Positions 10,440 through 19,862 of a DNA stretch of 64,000 bases are shown here, one piece after another; within the stretch, counting starts at the first letter, position 1, and every line of letters starts with the position of its first letter. The notes under the pieces are model-generated. The model was not told where the DNA came from and searched no databases. It saw only the letters and a list, made by a program, of their open reading frames with translations. The position numbers and the translations under genes were made by a program. Source of the stretch: Nitrosopumilus sp. (GTDB lineage: Archaea > Thermoproteota > Nitrososphaeria > Nitrososphaerales > Nitrosopumilaceae); contig OZ252243.1 of assembly GCA_965249555.1 (NCBI GenBank), positions 1,888,001 to 1,952,000 of the forward strand, given 5' to 3'.

Positions 10440-10865
10440 TTATCCTAAATATTGCTTTATTTTATCTAGTGCTATTTTGATGGTCTCTAGATCCTCTCTT
10501 GCTTTTAGCATATCTCCAACTAGTTTTACAAAATATTCCTGTCCTGTATCTTCTGCTTTGTGAATATCTGCCTCATAGCACGCCAATGCTTTCTCTAGAA
10601 ATGGGACATCATTACTTAACTTACTGGTTGATTGAATGTCCACAAGATTGTCTTGAATCTTTTGAATCACTTCATCAATTTTTGGGATTGTTTTCATTGC
10701 TTGTTGATTCAAAATTGATCCAAACATCCCCGCAGCATCTTTTAGTTCTGGGCTCTTACCTATAGTTTTTAATCGATTTTTGTAATGTCTTAAAGATTTT
10801 AGAATTATCTCATACCCTCCCTCATCTTTAAGATAAATTGCACCAATCCATATTTTCTCAGACAT
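10440..10865 (-). CDS. Hypothetical protein
   Basis: 141-aa ORF. Confidence 0.7.
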   Translation of the reverse strand: MSEKIWIGAIYLKDEGGYEIILKSLRHYKNRLKTIGKSPELKDAAGMFGSILNQQAMKTIPKIDEVIQKIQDNLVDIQSTSKLSNDVPFLEKALACYEADIHKAEDTGQEYFVKLVGDMLKAREDLETIKIALDKIKQYLG

Positions 10866-10932
10866 TTCTCAATGTTGGTTTGTTTTATTATAATAATTTA
10901 GTTTCCTATTTTGATACTAGTATGATTTCTAC

Positions 10933-11160
10933 TTGGTGCTAATATGCCAAAAAAACATATCATCATTATTGAATACTAAAAATAAATTTGGAATGATGAA
11001 ACTTGTAGCAAAATGTCCTAACTGTTATGCTGATTCTTTGTACTGTGGGAAAATTCCAACTTCAATCAAAACCTTGGCACATAAAGAGGTCTTGTTTTGT
11101 AAGGACTGCAAGTTTGTAATTGCAGTAGATGAATACAAAAAAATGCTTTCACAAGCCTAG
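10933..11160 (+). CDS. Small zinc-ribbon protein (start likely ~10993)
   Basis: CPNC…CKDC. Confidence 0.6.
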   Translation: MVLICQKNISSLLNTKNKFGMMKLVAKCPNCYADSLYCGKIPTSIKTLAHKEVLFCKDCKFVIAVDEYKKMLSQA

Positions 11161-11381
11161 ACATCAGAACTTTCTTTTATTGTTGGCTCGTTCTTATTGA
11201 TTAGATATAGCAAAATTCCTGCTAGAGTGACACCCATTCCACTAATACCTACAAACGTGCCTATATTCTTGATAAATCTCAAAACAGGATCTGTTTGACC
11301 TAATTCTATAGAGTAAAACAACACTAGTCCAACAGAAAACATGCTTATCCCTATAATGACAACTGGTATCCCTGTTTTCAT
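11157..11381 (-). CDS. Small two-TM membrane protein
   Basis: Two hydrophobic helices. Confidence 0.7.
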   Translation of the reverse strand: MKTGIPVVIIGISMFSVGLVLFYSIELGQTDPVLRFIKNIGTFVGISGMGVTLAGILLYLINKNEPTIKESSDV

Positions 11382-11424
11382 GTCTCAATTCATTTTTTCT
11401 GATTAATAAATAACAAGAACAAAA

Positions 11425-12291
11425 ATGTGTGTCTTTATGAACACAGTAAACCCTTTTAATTCAATCATCGTCAGTATCTCTGTGAGGCTATTCCTTACTC
11501 TTCTAACATCTGCAGTCTTGTTTATGATCCCATTTTCAACTAATGCATTTGCACAATCTAGTTATGATGTAAATATTCCAACTGGTGCAGCCGATGAATC
11601 TGCTCCCTTTTTCTGGCAAAGTGAAAAAGACGGTTCAACTACAGGTGTGGTTGAAATTCTAATTGGAGATACAATTGTTTGGAAAAATGCAGATACTTCA
11701 TTTCATACAGTAACTTCTGGTTCTGAAACAGATGGATTTGATGGCATTTTTGATAGTAAAGAATTTGCACCTGGAAAATCATTTACTTACAAATTTTCAG
11801 ATACAGGTCATTATCCATATTATTGTACATTACATCCATGGATGGATGGTACGATAATTGTTACAGCTGGATATTCTATTATTCCAAATGTTGGTAAACA
11901 AGTAGGTGATGGTACTGCATTCTTTGATGTAGAGTATGACTTTAACCGCTTGCTATCTACTGCAACAATTGATGAGGAACAAAAATCAGTCACTTTTGAG
12001 ATAATCGGTGATGCAAAATCTGATAATCATGATTTAGAACTTCGTCTGCATTCTGGGTTGGTTGATGGTCCCTTTGTAATATGGATAGATGGTGAAAAGA
12101 TTTCAGATTTTGAGAATACTAGGGAAGGCGATCTCAATGTGTTGTTTGTACCATTGAATGCTGATTCAAAAATTTTAACCATTATTGGGACCTCTATAGT
12201 TCCTGAATTTGGTACAATGACTATGGTCATTCTTGGGGTGTCTATTGTGTCCATGATAGTTTTGAATCAGAGATTTAAACTAAAAATCTGA
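11425..12291 (+). CDS. Plastocyanin/cupredoxin-domain protein with PEFG-CTERM sorting signal
   Basis: Signal peptide …NAFA, HTVTSG, YYCTLHPWM type-1 Cu site, VPEFG + TM tail. Confidence 0.92.
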   Translation: MCVFMNTVNPFNSIIVSISVRLFLTLLTSAVLFMIPFSTNAFAQSSYDVNIPTGAADESAPFFWQSEKDGSTTGVVEILIGDTIVWKNADTSFHTVTSGSETDGFDGIFDSKEFAPGKSFTYKFSDTGHYPYYCTLHPWMDGTIIVTAGYSIIPNVGKQVGDGTAFFDVEYDFNRLLSTATIDEEQKSVTFEIIGDAKSDNHDLELRLHSGLVDGPFVIWIDGEKISDFENTREGDLNVLFVPLNADSKILTIIGTSIVPEFGTMTMVILGVSIVSMIVLNQRFKLKI

Positions 12292-12973
12292 TTTTATTGA
12301 AAAATCTTATCTTAAAAAATAATTCTATATAGTAATTATATAGAATAGGTGTATAATGGGCACTGTTAACTTTTAGGAATATCTCCAAATTGCTGTAAAA
12401 CTATTTGAATTATCTCACCTTCGAAATATTGATGCGCACGATAAGGAATTAAAAAACTTGGAAAAACAGAAAATTAGAATTTATTTTCATGATCTTGATT
12501 ACCAGATAAAGCGTTATTGTGAAAAAATTAGATAATTTATAGTATCAGTAGATGGAAAGGTCTCATCTTTTGCATTCCAAATGATATTTTTCCATGTCTT
12601 TGAACATTCTACAATTACTATTCCAATAAAGCATTTGAGTAATTGGATAGTTAGAATTGGTTAGTTTTTGATCTAAATGGAGTTACTTTTCCATCTACCA
12701 GAGAGATGTTCTACAGTTTATTTCATTACACGACTTGATCATCAGATGAAAATCTGCACATTCTGAGTCTAATAGTGTATATTTCAAGCCTAGCAATCAC
12801 AAATTTAACAAAATAATTCATTGTAATACGAACAAGTTATTTATGTCAAAGATACATAAATGTATCATGATGTCTACTCAAAGCAAGGAAATCAAAGCAG
12901 TTCATATTACAGACTTTGGAGTGGACCCCACTAAATGAGAACACTTTTTGCATAATTTTACATACCATTACCC

Positions 12974-13798
12974 TCATTTATGTCTCATCTCCCATTTTTC
13001 CAGAAATTCATCTGGCGTGATGTATCCAAGTGCAGAGTGAATCCTGGAATCGTTGTAATCCTCAAATGCCTTGGTAATTCTTACTTGTGCTGATTGGAAA
13101 TTTTCAAACTCGTGTGGCCAGAGATATTCCTTCTTTAACGTTTTATGAAACGATTCAACATGACCATTTTGTTGTGGTGTATGGTGCCAGATGAATTCCT
13201 GTCTTGCACCCAAAAGCAGGATTGCTTCTTTGAACTTTCGGCTTACATATTGCGAACCATTGTCAGTTCGTATAATCAGTTTGGCACAATCCGGATTGGA
13301 AGTTGCAATTGCATGAATGATTGATTCTGTTGCAGCATCTTTGCTTGCAGTTACATCAAATATGTATGAAATCCATTTTCTGCTAAATGTATCTATGACA
13401 TTAAAGCAGTAACACCAACCATCAACTCCACACCAGACATATGTCATATCTGTCTGCCACAACTGGTTTGGCGCAGTCGGTTTGAAAAGTTTCTTTTTGG
13501 ATGCCATGATGTCTTTTTTGGTCTTTGCAGGTGCAATCCAGCCTAGCTTGTGGAATATCCTGCGAATCTGCTTTCTGTTTACGGGCAATCCAAGCTCCCT
13601 TGCCGTGGCTGCAGCCATCCTACGGGTTCCATATGTTGGCCTGGCATTTCCAATCTTTTGTACCATTTGGGATACGGTCTTGTTTAGCGGAATGTTTCGG
13701 GGTGATTTTGTATGGTACCATTTGTTGTACGATATCCCGACGTATGATAATGATTTTCTCAGACTCAATTTTGCAGTGAGTTGCTTTGCAATGATCAT
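12974..13798 (-). CDS. IS3 transposase OrfB (rve/DDE)
   Basis: WQTDMTY, TDNGSQY, NGHVESFHKTLKKE, YNDSRIHSALGY. Confidence 0.95.
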   Translation of the reverse strand: MIIAKQLTAKLSLRKSLSYVGISYNKWYHTKSPRNIPLNKTVSQMVQKIGNARPTYGTRRMAAATARELGLPVNRKQIRRIFHKLGWIAPAKTKKDIMASKKKLFKPTAPNQLWQTDMTYVWCGVDGWCYCFNVIDTFSRKWISYIFDVTASKDAATESIIHAIATSNPDCAKLIIRTDNGSQYVSRKFKEAILLLGARQEFIWHHTPQQNGHVESFHKTLKKEYLWPHEFENFQSAQVRITKAFEDYNDSRIHSALGYITPDEFLEKWEMRHK

Positions 13799-14085
13799 CT
13801 TTTGTGTCCCTCCAACGTTTTTTTAAAAGTGTCATTGACGATGGTCAGCTCACCTACGATTCTTTTTAGAGTCTCATTTTCTTTTTGTAATGTCTTGCAT
13901 GTATTGTCACCAGATCTTCTGTTTAATGCGGATTTACCTCCATCCACAAACTTTTCTTTCCAAGAGTAGAATGTCTGCGGATGAATGTTGTGCTTTCTGC
14001 ACAGTTCTGCAGTTCCAATGTTGGTGTTTAATGATTCAAGGATTATCCTTGATTTTTCTGCAGGTGTGAATTTGCTCCTTACCAT
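13795..14085 (-). CDS. IS3 transposase OrfA (HTH)
   Basis: ELCRKHNI…FYSWKEKF, ENETLKRIVGEL; ATGA overlap with OrfB. Confidence 0.93.
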   Translation of the reverse strand: MVRSKFTPAEKSRIILESLNTNIGTAELCRKHNIHPQTFYSWKEKFVDGGKSALNRRSGDNTCKTLQKENETLKRIVGELTIVNDTFKKTLEGHKR

Positions 14086-14437
14086 GGGCGTAAACCTCCT
14101 AGATCCCCTGAAAAGTGTATGTATGCAGGCGTTCTCATTCTAGAGGGGACCAGACCAACTTGGATAATCTATTAAAAAAATATGATCAATTGCAGGATTT
14201 CAGTATCGGTAATATAAAATGTCATATATGCTCGGATGAGGTATCATCCACAAATGTTGGAAGTATGAAATTGGTCAATGAAAAATTTGTGTTTACCTGC
14301 AACAAAATATCTTGTTATGATCAAATAATTAAAAATATTCAGTAACAGTGGAGTTATTCAATTAACATCAAAGATACGACAATCTCTTTTTGTAACAATT
14401 AACCCTTTTCCAAATAATCTCAAAAATAAAGAAACAA

Positions 14438-15055
14438 TCATTTGAGTTTTATCGTAATCTCTTCTCCATTCCCTATAGGGGATGTTATGGTGTGGAGTTT
14501 TGGATTATCTTTGAGATAATCTGAAAATTTTTTCATATCTTGTCTGAACTGTTCAGGATATAGCATATTATCTGTAACAATCACCCCTCCAATTGAAACC
14601 ATTGGAAAAATTAAATCAAAATATTCTATGACATTCTCCTTGTCTGCATCAATTAAAACAAAATCAAAAAAATCCTTGTATTTTTGCTGTAAACTCAATT
14701 CTGTAAGTATTTGCATTGCTAATCCTTCCTTTATGATTACTGTATCCATAACTCCTGCTTTCTGAAAGTTCTCTTTTGCTCTTTTGATTTTACTTGGATT
14801 TTGCTCAATTGTGATAATTTTACCTGATTGCGCTGCAATGACTTCTGCACACCATATTGTTGAATATCCTGTTGACATGCCTACCTCGAGCATATTTTTT
14901 GCATTTTTTAGACGTAAAATCATGTTGAGTAGTTCTCCTGTCTCTTTTGTTATGGCAAGCATTCTGTCTTCATGTGGAACATCTTTTTTTCTTGATTTCT
15001 CTAATGTTGACTGTATCTCTAATTCATCCAGTACCTTGGCGATTGAATCCATCAT
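14438..15055 (-). CDS. O-methyltransferase (caffeoyl-CoA OMT-like)
   Basis: LEVGMSTGYS, FDFVLIDADK, GGVIVTDN. Confidence 0.92.
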   Translation of the reverse strand: MMDSIAKVLDELEIQSTLEKSRKKDVPHEDRMLAITKETGELLNMILRLKNAKNMLEVGMSTGYSTIWCAEVIAAQSGKIITIEQNPSKIKRAKENFQKAGVMDTVIIKEGLAMQILTELSLQQKYKDFFDFVLIDADKENVIEYFDLIFPMVSIGGVIVTDNMLYPEQFRQDMKKFSDYLKDNPKLHTITSPIGNGEEITIKLK

Positions 15056-15158
15056 GTGATTTCTGTATTTTTAAAATAATTTAACCATAACTTTGATCTT
15101 ATAGACATTTGAAATGCTTTCAATAGCTTATATTTAGTAAAGAAATTTTTGATTTAGA

Positions 15159-15539
15159 ATGATAGCCAAGAATAAAGTTGATTTGCTTGAGATTGTTCAG
15201 AAAATCCTCGATCTGGATCCCAAAATGAGATTTGCAGCAATAATTGATCCAAAAGGTAACATTCGAGAGGCAATTATGAAGGCAGGAAAAACAAGTCTTG
15301 AATCTCAAAAAGAAGAAGAGCATTTCTGTAAACAAGTTGCTCAAAGAAGAGCAATGAGAAAAGAATTTGATAGAACTCTTGGCAAAGTAAGGTATGTCCA
15401 TGTTGAACGAGAAAAAGTATCTCAAATGGTAATTTACACAAAAAGAAACATTGTCTACTTTGCAATGGAACCTGAGATGCCAATTAACACAAAAATTCGA
15501 TTAATTACAAAAATAAAGAAAATCACTATTTCTATCTAG
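15159..15539 (+). CDS. DUF6659-type (roadblock-like) thaumarchaeal protein
   Basis: ILDLDPKMRFAAII…MRKEFDRTLG; paralog at 32495. Confidence 0.75.
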   Translation: MIAKNKVDLLEIVQKILDLDPKMRFAAIIDPKGNIREAIMKAGKTSLESQKEEEHFCKQVAQRRAMRKEFDRTLGKVRYVHVEREKVSQMVIYTKRNIVYFAMEPEMPINTKIRLITKIKKITISI

Positions 15540-15604
15540 AAAAAATTTAGATAACACAGTTTTTTTCTGAACATTATGACATTTCATAAATATCTTGGAG
15601 ACAG

Positions 15605-15925
15605 ATGTTTGAGTATGATAAACACTATCGACAATGTCAGCAACTAAACAAGCCGTTTATCAAAGCAAGACCAAGTCCTAAACATGGAAGTTATTATGTT
15701 CAGATTGATTTGATGACATGTGACTATGAACTATCCACACAAGAACAAGAAGAAATCAAAAAATTAGTTCATGATGAAATAAAGTTTGTAAAGCCCAATT
15801 CAAAGCCTGATTTTCAGGATTTTAATATTGATAAAGAACTTGCTTGGTCTGATGGTATGTCTGCTGAACACATGGATGAATTTTGTAACAGTCTATATGA
15901 TTTGACGCAAAAGTATCACAACTAA
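15605..15925 (+). CDS. Hypothetical protein
   Basis: 106-aa ORF. Confidence 0.7.
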   Translation: MFEYDKHYRQCQQLNKPFIKARPSPKHGSYYVQIDLMTCDYELSTQEQEEIKKLVHDEIKFVKPNSKPDFQDFNIDKELAWSDGMSAEHMDEFCNSLYDLTQKYHN

Positions 15926-16128
15926 AACCTAATCAGGTTTTTTAGAATTTTATCTATTACTTGTAGTTCTTCTTTTCTTTCTTTAATAGTGGCCTCGTTC
16001 CATTTTTTTGCAAATTCTGATTGCTTGTCCATCTTTTCTAATTCTTGAATGTATTTTATCAAGTGTATTTTATAATCTTGAAGTAGATCAAGGTGTTTGT
16101 TGTGATTTTTCTCACTTGGTGTTGTCAT
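15922..16128 (-). CDS. Hypothetical protein (start uncertain)
   Basis: Helical ORF downstream of 16112-16345. Confidence 0.55.
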   Translation of the reverse strand: MTTPSEKNHNKHLDLLQDYKIHLIKYIQELEKMDKQSEFAKKWNEATIKERKEELQVIDKILKNLIRF

Positions 16129-16345
16129 CCCATTCCTCTTTTGTGATTTCTGGAAACATTTCTCTAATTCTTTTTCTATCTTTTTCAACTGCATCAATTC
16201 TTTCATCAAGATGATTTTTCATTGTAGGGTCTACCCCCAAATTTACTTCTTTTTGGATATCTGAGATCACTTTGGTTAATGATTTGTAATATGAAATGTG
16301 ATTTTTCTTTGATTCTTCTGATCTGTCTTCTTCTTTCTCATCCAT
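16112..16345 (-). CDS. Hypothetical protein
   Basis: 77-aa ORF. Confidence 0.65.
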   Translation of the reverse strand: MDEKEEDRSEESKKNHISYYKSLTKVISDIQKEVNLGVDPTMKNHLDERIDAVEKDRKRIREMFPEITKEEWDDNTK

Positions 16346-16431
16346 TAGAAATTAATGATTTATTGAAAATAAGTACTTGTTCATTTGATATGTTGGTTTA
16401 CACTAATATTGAAATAAAATCATGAAATGAT

Positions 16432-16704
16432 ATGAAAATTCTAGTTGATGAAAATCTAGATGGTGTGGATGAACGGCTTAAAGAACAAGGTTATGATGCT
16501 TATAGTGTACGAAAACTACAAATCACAGGAAAAAAACTTGGTTCTGATTATTCTATAATTAATTATGCTCGTGAAAATAATATGATTATAGTCACAAAAG
16601 ATACCGAATTTCGTAAAGCAAGTGAAGAAAATTACTTTCCACTAATTCTTATTGATGATGAAGAAATTTTCAAGGTAATTGTTGAGAAATTAAAAAAGTT
16701 CTAA
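16432..16704 (+). CDS. DUF5615 / Mut7-C-like PIN-domain protein
   Basis: ILVDENL…SDYSIINYA…IVTKDTEF. Confidence 0.85.
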   Translation: MKILVDENLDGVDERLKEQGYDAYSVRKLQITGKKLGSDYSIINYARENNMIIVTKDTEFRKASEENYFPLILIDDEEIFKVIVEKLKKF

Positions 16705-17267
16705 TTTACATTCTTTGAATCAAATTGCAGTATTCTCAGGTTTGCCAGAACCTCATTTAGAAAATTATCTTCTGGTTGGTGTGCAATAGTATTCATGATT
16801 GTTTCCCAGCAATCATTAATCTTCCTGTTAATCTGTGAAAACATTTTGTCTTTTTTGAATGCAGGGTAATAAGACAACAGTTTCATCACTCCATCCGTTG
16901 ACTGTACTATGTGTATGCTATGAATGACTGATCTCAATCTTTCATGAATGGAATATTTTTTTTCCTTACTAGTAACATCAAAATTAACAATTTCATCAAA
17001 AATAATGTTAATTTCTTTGTGGAGATTTTTGAGTTGTTTATTTACTGATTCCGATAAATTGATCAATTCATATTCTATGTGGGATCTGCTGTGAACTTTC
17101 TTTTCTACCTCGCCTGCTTCAACTAATGCACTGATTTCTCTGTAAACAATTTTCTCATTACCTACTTTTTTGATGACTCTTTTTGCAAGTTCAGTCCCGC
17201 GAATTTTTCCATTTTCGTTGAGAATTCTAATAATCTCAGTTCGGATGATTTCTAAATTTTTATTCAT
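16701..17267 (-). CDS. Hypothetical protein with N-terminal winged helix
   Basis: IIRILNENGKIRGTELAK…LVEAGEV. Confidence 0.7.
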   Translation of the reverse strand: MNKNLEIIRTEIIRILNENGKIRGTELAKRVIKKVGNEKIVYREISALVEAGEVEKKVHSRSHIEYELINLSESVNKQLKNLHKEINIIFDEIVNFDVTSKEKKYSIHERLRSVIHSIHIVQSTDGVMKLLSYYPAFKKDKMFSQINRKINDCWETIMNTIAHQPEDNFLNEVLANLRILQFDSKNVN

Positions 17268-17283
17268 TATATTCTCCTAGAAA

Positions 17284-17517
17284 TTATTTTTTATATTTCT
17301 CTAGTACTGCTTTTTCTCCATTCCCATTAATCTCTTTTACTAATTCTTCTAAAATTTTTATCCCTTTTCTAATTGGTTCTTTTTCTAAATTTTTGTATTC
17401 TAGTTTTTGTTTGAGAACTAGTTTTTCATTGTTAACAAAACTCAGTAAGCTTACATTTTTCCCCATGTTAAGATTAATGAAAAAATCCACATATTCTAAG
17501 GTTGACTGTATTCCCAT
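17284..17517 (-). CDS. Hypothetical protein
   Basis: 77-aa ORF. Confidence 0.65.
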   Translation of the reverse strand: MGIQSTLEYVDFFINLNMGKNVSLLSFVNNEKLVLKQKLEYKNLEKEPIRKGIKILEELVKEINGNGEKAVLEKYKK

Positions 17518-17590
17518 TATTTCTAATTTTTTCTTCTAGTATTTGTTTGGAACCCCTACAAACTAGGTTTATTTACAATCCTGATTCTAT

Positions 17591-17851
17591 TTGATTATGG
17601 ATAGTTGTGATAGACGTATCCGTGCTTACAAAAACGGCAAAACATTTGATCAATGTAGAGATATTGCAGAATCTATGAATCCCGATTTTAAAAAACAAAT
17701 TGAAGATAACGGAAAAGTTCTATGGACTGAAATATTGGAGCAAGTCAACCATGATGAATTGATTTACAAGTTTACTCTGAAATTTCTAAGACGTGATGGT
17801 TATGATATAGGAAATCACAAGATCCCCGAAGTCAAAAAATCTACTTTGTAG
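17591..17851 (+). CDS. Hypothetical protein
   Basis: 86-aa ORF. Confidence 0.65.
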   Translation: MIMDSCDRRIRAYKNGKTFDQCRDIAESMNPDFKKQIEDNGKVLWTEILEQVNHDELIYKFTLKFLRRDGYDIGNHKIPEVKKSTL

Positions 17852-18671
17852 GATCTATTTTACAACTACCATCTGCATTTCGTAATTTTTTTGCCATCAC
17901 ATACGGTGTAACAATCAATACTGGAATCGATATTGCAATAAATAATGTCTGCAATTGTGTTAGTGCAATTGATAATGCAATTCCACTTGCTGTTCCAATA
18001 AATATAGATAGAAATGTTCCAACACAAGTTGGGCATGCAATGAATAGTCCTGTAGCTGCGCCAATTGAACTCATTCCTTTTCCTTTTTTTGAAATTGTGT
18101 ATGCATTAATGGCAATTGAAGCATTTAATCCCACTAGATATGATACCACTATTTGTAATACCAAATTTATTGGAATTATCTGCAAACCTACGTGCTCCGT
18201 AAGATAAACAATTATTTTTGGCATGTATCCTGGATTGTCACAACATGGTGCAATAAAACCAGATGGAATTGTTGCACCATAATGAATTGCAAAATTAACT
18301 TCGGGTTGGTACACTAACGTTCCTGATATTAGAGAAAAGAATACTCCATATCCAATAAATGTGGCAACAAAGATTTTACGTGATTTTGAATTCCATGTTG
18401 CCAGTGCTATTATTGTTGATAGGTCACTTCCTTTACTTTCAACTTTCTCTTTGTGATATCTATACATGCCAAAAGCAATAGCACCAAATGCTGCAACAAG
18501 TGTTATGTAAAATCCATAGGCAATTCTCTGTATTGAATCAATTGCACTAGGTGTAAGAAGCTCTGGATCCTGATATCTGTTATAAAGCAAAAACAAGAAT
18601 ACAATTATTGTAAATCCAAAAACAATCAGTCTCTTTCCACTGTTTGCGCTCTTTCTTGATTGTTTTTCCAT
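17841..18671 (-). CDS. Multi-pass membrane protein with CC and CPTC motifs
   Basis: About 6 TM segments. Confidence 0.8.
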   Translation of the reverse strand: MEKQSRKSANSGKRLIVFGFTIIVFLFLLYNRYQDPELLTPSAIDSIQRIAYGFYITLVAAFGAIAFGMYRYHKEKVESKGSDLSTIIALATWNSKSRKIFVATFIGYGVFFSLISGTLVYQPEVNFAIHYGATIPSGFIAPCCDNPGYMPKIIVYLTEHVGLQIIPINLVLQIVVSYLVGLNASIAINAYTISKKGKGMSSIGAATGLFIACPTCVGTFLSIFIGTASGIALSIALTQLQTLFIAISIPVLIVTPYVMAKKLRNADGSCKIDPTK

Positions 18672-18947
18672 GATTTAGAACTTTTTTCTATGAAATTAAA
18701 TCCTCTCCTAGATAGTTTACAATTGGTAGTCCGATTATGTGATAATCAATGAATTTCAACTATCTTGCTATGATTATCCAAAAAATTAACTTTTATTTTG
18801 AATTTTTGTTTTTCTCTTACTAATCACATCAAGTTCATAGTATAATTTTTCTAATTCTTTAGGAGTTATGTCATCTTCTTTTCAATCTTTATTTCATCTT
18901 CTTTCAATTGTTCATATTCTTCTAAATCATTCATGATTGGTTGTGAC

Positions 18948-19715
18948 TTAGTGAGAACTTAACTGTAATTGGAATGTTGCATATGCTGATGGAAAGTATT
19001 CTGCAAAATCTGGAACATTTTCACTGTTTGCAAAATCATGTTGTGAATCAGCAATAATATATCCTTGAGGATCTATTACCATCGTTCTTCCATGATCCTT
19101 TTTTACCATGTCTTGAAAAATTGTTAATGGCATTTCAAAATGATAAAATGCAGGTTTTTCATCATCATCTAAAACTACAGTAGATGTATATGCAAAAACC
19201 CATCTGTTAGTATCTGGAGAAAGATATGGGTATTGGATGTACGCCTCATCTCTTTCTTTTGCAAATGAAGGGGTGAAAAATGGTGTTGCTGCTTCATCCG
19301 GAGATAAATATTCATCAACTTCAATTCCTTTTAAAACCAGTCTGGCATGTTCTTGGTCTGTTGAGTCAATAATGCAGGTTCCATCAACTTGAAATTTGTT
19401 TTGAAAATGATAAATCCATTGTTCTAATTCTTCTTTTATTTCACGTTGATTATCCGTAAATTGCATAACATCATTTTCAAAAATATTCCCTGCTCTAGTT
19501 TCAGAAAGTTCAAAGTATTCAACAAACTTTGGATTTTTTAATGCAAAAACTAGATCTTCTGAAGCTCTGGCATGCAAATTATCTAATTGAAAATAACGAA
19601 TATCCGCCTCTTTTTCCATTTCTTCCAGATCTAGATTTATGATGGATTCTTGAATCAGTCCCAGAGTAAAATATGAAATCGAACTACTAGTAATTATGAT
19701 GACTAGTGAAAACAA
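18948..19715 (-). pseudogene. Truncated Cache-domain sensor (histidine kinase/chemoreceptor N-terminus)
   Basis: TM + YLSPDTNRWVFAY…IDPQGYIIADS; no second TM or output domain. Confidence 0.6.
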
Positions 19716-19862
19716 TAATTATTTTTGGTATGATTCTCATGATTTCAAATACATGTTACGTCATATATCGTCTAGTGTATGTAATTAAAAAATGCATACA
19801 ATTGTACTTACAAATTATCTCAGATCTCTCTATTTTCAAATTTGGATATAGATAAATGATCT

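Larger units (their letters stand above)
12917..14157 (-). mobile_element. IS3-family insertion sequence, 1241 bp, apparently intact
   Basis: TG…CA ends, ~26-bp imperfect TIRs (TGGAGTGGACCCCACTAAATGAGAAC / TGGTCTGGTCCCCTCTAGAATGAGAAC), 4-bp TSD ACTT (12913-16, 14158-61). Confidence 0.95.
12867..14345 (+). pseudogene. Small Cys-containing protein gene interrupted by IS3 element
   Basis: Removing 12917-14161 restores MMSTQSKEIKAVHITDLDNLLKKYDQ…CHIC…CNKISC…. Confidence 0.85.

Noticed and set aside
12359-12370. GGCACTGTTAA IS6-like end (also at 42891)
   Set aside because: No partner end or transposase adjacent; too short to call an element.
14115-14345. 76-aa ORF as an independent gene
   Set aside because: Starts within the IS3 end; it is the 3' part of the interrupted gene.
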